From: the human T2T-CHM13v2.0 reference genome, Homo sapiens
Assembly: GCF_009914755.1 (NCBI RefSeq)
Contig: NC_060925.1
Direction: 5' to 3' (one strand)
Length of the DNA stretch: 64,000 nt
The position numbers were made by a program, and so were the translations under genes. Every line of letters starts with the position of its first letter. Position 1 is the first letter of the stretch. Below, piece by piece: positions 57,150 through 64,000 of the stretch. A model generated the notes under the pieces. It was not told the origin of the DNA and made no database searches. It saw only the letters and a list, made by a program, of their open reading frames with translations.

Positions 57150-57660
57150 TATGCTTGGAATCATAACATTTTAAATATTTAAATTTTACCTAACTTAATC
57201 TAATAATTAACCTGAATTTCCCCCCACGTGTTTTAAACCCATTACTTCTTGAAGTGTCTTTGTTGACTAATGAGAAAAATAGGTCCCTCTTCTCTCCATA
57301 ACACCTCTTTACGCATCTGTAAACAGTTATCATGTGTCCCCTCTGCCTTTTTTCCTCAAGATTGAACATTCTCACGTCTCTCAGCCTTTTCTTACAGGCC
57401 CCATTTTCAAGGCCCTTCATCATTTTTTTGTTGCTTTCTTTTGAAACCTCTGCCAAACTTGTCTATGTTGTAATAAGTGTGCCTTCCCAAATGGAACATG
57501 GTACTCCAATCAAGGGCTAAAGATTGCCAAGTGGAGTCTAATCTTCACCTTATTTATTTTATCCTTGACAATTCTGCTAATACAACAACACAGGATAGCA
57601 GTTGCTTTCTTTCTTTAAACAGCATCATACTATTGACTTTTTCTCAGATATTATCTAGCA
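57150..57660 (-). mobile_element. L3/CR1 LINE ORF2 C-terminal fragment
   Basis: ORF 57190-57456 KMMKGLE...KRLRDVRMFNLEEKRQRGHMITVYRCVK...RSNGFK..GGKFRLIIR matches the CR1 ORF2 C-terminus ([24 protein letters not shown]...RGNGFKL...FRLDIR). Confidence 0.88.
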
Positions 57661-59938
57661 TAAATTAAAGCTCCTAAGGATAAAAATTAGTAAAATTAAC
57701 TTACTAATATTTATTTTTTAGTCACAGTACTTAGGGCACCATTTCATAACTATTAGGTGATTAATAAATATAAAGCAAATCAATGAACATTATTTGTACC
57801 TACAAATAGTAGTGGTCTAAAATTGTTTTGAGATGATGAAAAATATAGATGGTTCTTTCTTTCATGATTGAAATGCCCTAAAGAGTAGAAAATTCATGCC
57901 TGACTCCTACGGAGTTTTTTAAAGAACCCAATAAAATTAGTTTTCAAAAGCACATAATTAAAATGAAAGGGAAGTTTTACTGAATTTTATTTACATAGCA
58001 TAGCTCTTCATTTAACACGAAAGTTTCTGGAAACTACCAGAAAACCAGAAACATGAACCATGAAACTAAAGACCAATTAACGTAAAATCAATTACTGTAT
58101 GTAATGTGATAGATGACCTTATGGAATTTAGCTGAACTGTCAAACTTGCTTAATATTTGATTTTCCAGGACCAAATCTACAGAAAATATGAAATGACATG
58201 GCAAGGTCAGTGACTACAATGCAAGAAGCTTTGGTCTTCTATTGTATCTACTGAGTAGAAAAATATCCAGACTGCCGTTTTGACTATCAAAATACAAGCC
58301 AGGAACCCAGTAGCTATATCAAGACTTTCTTTAGGGGGAACTAGTAAATGAGAGCCAAAAATGTAATCTCATACAGATCAACAGATTGGATTTAAAGGGA
58401 TCTTAAGTAGTGATGATTCCCTTTTATCTTCTAAGTATTATGAACATTTTATCTTATCAGACTGGCTAGAATCTGTGGCCACATGTTATGCAATGAGAAA
58501 ATATCAAGTGCATCAGTAGCAATGTAGCTAATCTTCCCTGGCTATTCAGATGAGAAATGACCCATAGTTTAAATACGACCCTTTTGGAGAACAAAGAAAG
58601 AGCAAGGAAAGAACAAAGAAGACTTCTCTTAGAATTTTAACTATCCCAGAACAAATTATGCATTCTGGACTGCAGGGTTTTTTGCTTTTTTTTTTAATAC
58701 TTGGAAAATGTCCTTTTAGTATGGCTTTTCATGGAAAAATATACAGAACCAAGTTAAACAAAACACATTTCAGCAAAGCTTTGTGAATATCATTGGCTAA
58801 AATAAATGCATATATTATTAAAATAAACCCCAGGAAAATATGATTGTTCAGCTATCAATATGTATTGGAAATTTATATATAATACTAGGAATTTTGGGAA
58901 GGCTCTAAGCTATAAAATACATTTTGAAAATAGTTTAGTCAGGTAGCAGGGGATAGAAACATAAAAATGGTAAAATCTAACTGCCTATATTCAGCTTTTC
59001 GCCTACCTGACCACTGGGCAACATTTTATGCAAATGAATATTACCTAATTCACCAATCTTTCCTTGATTGTCAAGCAGTTCTTCACCTACTTATCTGGCT
59101 ACTTTTTCTTGATTGTTTTTTAACTATCTATCTCTGAATGCCATCTTTCCTCCTAGGGTCTGTCCCTAACCCTGAGTCCCTTAGTCCATTCTCAGGTCTT
59201 CAACTTCCATTCATATGCTCATAGCTTCTTTTTACGTTAAAAATCTCTGGTTGCATATTCACACCAGGACTTTGAGCAAAATAGGAAATGTATTATCCAG
59301 AGATAACAGTGTGTTCTGTAACTCAAGGCTAGGCAAGATTCCTGGACTGGGAGTGGAGAAGCTTTGAGGAATGTTTTCCTGTTTCTCACCTCTCTGCTGC
59401 TCTCTGCTCTATACTTCAGCATTCCCTCCTTCCCTTCCCTCACCCTACTTTCTCACCCGCCCCCACAACAATACACCTCTCTCTGTCTCTCATTTCAATT
59501 AATTTTTATGTTATGTTCAGGACAAACACAGACCAACTGGTTAGCTCTAAATTCCAATTCCAAATTCTCATGCGAACAGAATCAGTTCTGCATGGAGCAG
59601 GCTTTCATAGCTGTCCTAACTAGCTGTGATCAGTACAGCAAGGGCCAAGGTACAAAGGAGGTAGCCATGTGTCTCTCCTTGGGGGATCCAGGGGCAATGC
59701 GGTAAGAAGGGGTAGTCATGTGCTAGATCAAAAGCCTAAAGGATGTCTGAAACAAATAGCAAATCTATGTCTACAACAAAAATTGTTTTAAAGGTTAAGG
59801 CTTAATTCAGTATTTTAAGATTAAAAAAAATCTTGTTGATTACTTGCTTTTGGCTTTAACATCCCCCTGGGCAGAAAAACAGCAGTATAACAGTTCAGAG
59901 TAGTCAAACAGCCATGGATTATATTCCCACAAGTCCTG

Positions 59939-60391
59939 TGTCAGGCCTCTGAGCCCAAGCCAAGCCATCGCATCCCCTGTGACCTGCACGTATACGCCCA
60001 GATGGCCTGAAGTAACTAAAGAATCACAAAAGAAGTGAATATGTCCTGCCCCACCTTAACTGATGACATTCCACCACAAAAGAAGTGTAAATGGCCAGTC
60101 CTTGCCTTAACTGATGACATTACCTCGTGAAAGTCCTTCTCCTGGCTCATCCTGGCTCAAAAAGCACCCCCACTGAGCACCTTGCAACCCCCACTCCTAC
60201 CTGCCAGAGAACAAACCCCCTTTGACTGTAATTTTCCTTTACCTACCCAAATCCTATAAAACGGCCCCACCCTTATCTCCCTTCGCTGACTCTCTTTTCA
60301 GACTCAGCCCACCTGCACCCAGGTGAAATAAACAGCTTTATTGCTCACACAAAGCCTGTTTGGTGGTCTCTTCACACGGACGCGCATGAAA
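59939..60391 (+). mobile_element. HERV-H 5' LTR (LTR7, 453 bp)
   Basis: Starts tgtcaggcctctgagcccaagcc and ends cacacggacgcgcatgaaa; internal ~50-bp repeats; TATAAAA 60255-60261; AATAAA 60327-60332. Confidence 0.97.
60255..60261 (+). promoter_or_regulatory. LTR7 TATA box
   Basis: cctataaaacggccccaccc at the expected U3 position, followed by the GT/GC box. Confidence 0.8.
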
Positions 60392-60393
60392 TT

Positions 60394-60411
60394 TGGTGCT
60401 GTGACTCGGAT
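60394..60411 (+). promoter_or_regulatory. Primer binding site, tRNA-His
   Basis: tggtgctgtgactcggat, one mismatch from TGGTGCCGTGACTCGGAT, immediately after the LTR. Confidence 0.93.
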
Positions 60412-60534
60412 CGGGGGACCTCCCTTGGGAGATCAATCCCCTGTCCTCCTCCTCTTTGCTCTGTGAGAAAGATCCACCTACGACCTCAGGTCCTCAGACC
60501 GACCAGCCCAAGAAACATCTCACCAATTTCAAAT

Positions 60535-60543
60535 CCGGTAAGC
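60535..60543 (+). promoter_or_regulatory. HERV-H major splice donor CCG|GTAAGC
   Basis: aatttcaaatccg|gtaagc with GT at 60538-60539, at the usual HERV-H leader donor position. Confidence 0.8.
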
Positions 60544-60946
60544 GGCCTTTTTTACTCTCTTCTCCAACCTCCCTCACTATCCCTCAACCGCTTTCTCCTT
60601 TCAATCTTGGTGCCACACTTCAATCTCTCCCTTCTCTTAATTTCAATTCCTTTCATTTTCTGGTAGAGACAAAAGAGACATGTTTTATCCGTGAACTCAA
60701 AACTCCGGCGCTGGTCACAGACTGGGAAGGCAGCCTTCCCTTGGTGTTTAATCATTGCAGGGACACCTCTCTGATTATACACTCACGTTTCAAGGGTGTC
60801 AGACCACGCAGGGACACCTGCCTTGGTCCTTCACCCTTAGCGCCAAGTCCCGCTTTCCTGGGGCAGGGGCAAGTACCCCTCAACCCCTTCTCCTTCACCC
60901 TTAGCGGCAAGTCCCGCTTTCCTAGGGGGCAAGAAACCCCCAATCG

Positions 60947-61050
60947 CTTATTTCCGCACCCCAACCTCTTATCTCTGTGCCCCAATCCCTTATTTCCGCA
61001 CCCTGACCTCTTATCTCTGTGCCCCAATCCCTTATTTCCGTGTCCCAACC
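60947..61050. repeat. 42-bp (2x21) tandem repeat in the HERV-H leader, about 2.5 copies
   Basis: cttatttccgcaccccaacctcttatctctgtgccccaatcc at 60947 and 60989, partial at 61031. Confidence 0.85.
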
Positions 61051-61137
61051 CCCTCTCTGCTTTTCTGGAGGGCAAGAACCCCACTCCCCTCCTACGTGTC
61101 TCTATGCTCTCTTTTCTCAGGGTTTGCCTCCTTCACT

Positions 61138-62363
61138 ATGGGCAACCTTCCACCCTCCATTCCTCCTTCTTCTCCTTTAGCCTGTGTCCTTAAGAACTTA
61201 AAACCTCTTCAACTCACACCTGACCTAAAACCTAAATGCCTTATTTTCTTCTGCAATGCCACTTGACCCCAATACAAACTCGACAGTAGTTCCAAATAGC
61301 CAGAAAATGGCACTTTGAATTTTTCCAACCTGCAAAATCTAAATAATTCTTGTCATAAAATAGGCAAATGGCCTGAGGTGCCTGACATCCAGGCATTCTT
61401 TTACACATCAGTCCCTTCCTAGTCTCTGTGACCAGTGCAACTCATCCCAAATCTTCCTTCTTTCCCTCCTGCCTGTCCCCTCAGTACCAACCCCAAGCGT
61501 CGCTGAGTCTTTCTAATCTTCCTTTTCTACAGACCCATCTGACCTCTCCCTTCCTCCCCAGGTTGTTCCTCGCCAGGCCGAGCTAGGTCCCAATTCTTCC
61601 TCAGCCTCTGCTCCTCCACCCTATAATCTTTTTATCACCTCCCCTCCTCACACCTGGTCCGGCTTACAGTTTCGTTCCGTGACTAGCCCTCCCCCACCTG
61701 CCCAGCAATTTACTCTTAAAAAGGTGGCTGGAGCTAAAGGCATAGTCAAGGTTAATGCTCCTTTTTCTTTATCCCAAATCAGATAGCGTTTAGGCTGTTT
61801 TTCATCAAATATAAAAATCCAGCCCAGTTCATGACTTGTTTGGCAGCAACACTGAGACACTTTACAGCCCTAGACCCTAAAAGGTCAAAAGGCCGTCTTA
61901 TTCTCAAAATACATTTTATTACCCAATCTGCTCCCGACATTAAATAAAACTCCAAAAATTAAATTCCAGCCCTCAAACCCCACAACAGGATTTAATTAAC
62001 CTCACCTTCAAGGTGTACCATAATAGAAAAAAGTTGCAATTCCTTGCCTCCACTGTGAGACAAACCCCAGCCACATCTCCAGCACACAAGAACTTCCAAA
62101 CGCCTGAACCGCAGCGGCCAGGCATTCCTCCAGAACCTCCTCCCCCAGGAGCTTGCTACACGTGCTGGAAATCTGGCCACTGGGCCAAGGAATGCCCGCA
62201 GCCCGGGATTCCTCCTAAGCCGCGTCCCATCTGTGTGGGACCCCACTGAAAATCGGACTGTTCAACTCACCTGGCAGCCACTCCCAGAGCCCCTGGAACT
62301 CTGGCCCAAGGCTCTCTGACTGACTCCTTCCCAGATCTTCTCGGCTTAGGGGCTGAAGACTGA
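61138..62363 (+). pseudogene. gag: HERV-H gag remnant with NC zinc knuckle
   Basis: atgggcaac (MGN) at 61138; CYTCWKSGHWAKEC CCHC motif in ORF 62013-62249; second knuckle broken by a stop; many stops. Confidence 0.85.
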
Positions 62364-62429
62364 CACTGCCCGATCGCCTCGGAAGCCCCCTAGACCATCA
62401 CGGACGCCGAGCTTCGGGTAACTCTCACA

Positions 62430-62730
62430 ATGGAAGGTAAGCCCGTCCCCTTCTTAATCAATACGGAGGCTACCCACTCCACATTACCCTCTTTTCAAGG
62501 GCCTGTTTCCCTTGCCTCCATAACTGTTGTGGGTATTGATGGCCAGGCTTCTAAACCTCTTAAAACTCCCCAACTCTGGTGCCAACTTAGACAATACTCT
62601 TTTAAGCACTCCTTTTTAGTTATCCCCACCTGCCCAGTTCCCTTATTAGGCTGAGACACTTTAACTAAATTATCTGCTTCCCTGACTATTCCTGGACTAC
62701 AGCTATATCTCATTGCCACCCTTCTTCCCA
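62430..62730 (+). pseudogene. pro: HERV-H protease remnant
   Basis: FLINTEATHS (degenerate LLDTGA) and CPVPLLG* (LLGRD with a stop); catalytic Asp lost. Confidence 0.85.
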
Positions 62731-62807
62731 ATCCAAAGCCTCCTTTGCATCCTCCTCTTCTATCCCCCCACCTTAACTCACAAGTATAAGATACCTCTAC
62801 TCCCTCC

Positions 62808-64000
62808 TTGGTGACCGATCATGCACCCCTTACCATCTCATTAAAACCTAATCACCCTTACCCCACTCAATGCCAATATCCCACCTCACAGCATGCTTTG
62901 AAAGGATTAAAGCCTGTTATCACCCGCCTGCTACAGCATGGCCTTTTAAAGCCTATAAACTCTCCTTACAATTCCCCCATTTTACCTGTCCTAAAACCAG
63001 ACAAGCCTTACAAGTTAGTTCAGGATCTGCACCTTATCAACCAAATTGTTTTGCCTATACACCCTGTGGTGCCAAACCCATATACTCTCCTATCCTCAAT
63101 ACCTGCCTCTACAACCCATTATCGTGTTCTAGATCTCAAACATGCCTTCTTTACTATTCCTTTGCACCCTTCATCCCAGCCTCTCTTCACTTTCACTTGG
63201 ACTGACCCTGACACCCATCAAGCTCAGCAAATTACCTAGGCTGTACTGCTGCAAAGCTTCACAGACAGCCCCCATTACTTCAATCAAGCCCAAATTTCTT
63301 CCTCATCTGTTACCTATTTCGGCATAATTCTCATAAAAACACACGTGCTCTCCCTGCCAATCCTGTCCGACTAATCTCTCAAACCCAAGCACCTTCTACA
63401 AAACAACTCCTTTCCTTCCTAGGCATGGTTAGCGCAGTCAGAATTTTTACACAAGAGCCAGGACCACACCCTGTAGCCTTTCTGTCCAAACAACTTAACC
63501 TTACTGTTTTAACCTAGCCCTCATGTCTGTGTGCAGCGGCTGCCGCTGCTTTAATACTGTTAGAGGCCCTCAAAATAAGTAGAGGCCTTTCCTACCGGGT
63601 CTGAGAAGGCCACCACGGTCATTTCTTCCCTTCTGTCAGACATAATTCCCCGGTTTGGCCTTCCCACCTCTATACAGTCTGATAACGGACCAGCCTTTAC
63701 TAGCCAAATCACCAAAGCAGTTTCTCAGGCTCTTGGTATTCAGTGGAACCTTCATACCCCTTACCGTCCTCAATCTTCAGGAAAGGTAGAACGGACTAAT
63801 GGTCTTTTAAAAGGCACACCTCACCAAGCTCAGCCTCCAACTTAAAAAGGATTGGACAGTACTTTTACCTCTTGCTCTTCTCAGAGTCAGAGCCTGTCCC
63901 CGAGATGCTACAGGGTACAGTCCATTTGAACTTTTATATGGACGCACTTTCTTGCTTGGCCCCAACCTCATCCCAGACACCAGCCCTCTAGGCTACTATC
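62808..64000 (+). pseudogene. pol: HERV-H pol remnant (partial RT joined to integrase core)
   Basis: RT: YNSPILPVLKPDK..LVQDL...VLDLKHAFFTIPLH; IN: IIPRFGLPTSIQSDNGPAF...PYRPQSSGKVERTNG; stops, frameshifts and deletions. Confidence 0.92.

Larger units (their letters stand above)
60392..64000 (+). mobile_element. HERV-H internal region (leader, degenerate gag-pro-pol), continuing past the window end
   Basis: His PBS, leader repeats, Gag zinc knuckle, protease, RT and integrase remnants in retroviral order. Confidence 0.97.

Noticed and set aside
62013-64000. Functional HERV-H Gag/Pro/Pol
   Set aside because: Multiple stops and frameshifts, protease catalytic Asp replaced, RT interrupted by a stop at 63237-63239, RNase H missing.

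Overview
Human (hominoid) genomic DNA from inside USH2A (usherin), which is transcribed on the minus strand. Three coding exons of the first laminin-G domain are present, each with canonical splice sites: 11451-11581 (131 nt), 3380-3506 (127 nt) and 1086-1187 (102 nt). Their sizes and peptides fit exons 22, 23 and 24. From 11582 to the window end is the large intron 21. The introns are mostly interspersed repeats: Alu, L1 (two with twin-priming inversions), L2, MIR, L3/CR1, MaLR/ERVL LTRs and MER58, plus a 48-bp VNTR. The window ends inside an antisense HERV-H provirus with an LTR7 5' LTR, tRNA-His PBS and degenerate gag/pro/pol. I found no convincing new gene system. The best leads are (1) a nested inverted Alu with clustered A>G changes resembling an ADAR editing footprint fixed in DNA, (2) an ancient palindrome and a second cluster with retinal/hair-cell homeodomain and POU4F motifs, (3) a latent 130-nt MIR-derived pseudoexon one base away from a consensus donor, and (4) an LTR7up-like promoter with an ESRG-like leader ORF. 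Repeat subfamily names and old-repeat boundaries are by-eye estimates, and literature items are recalled and need verification.
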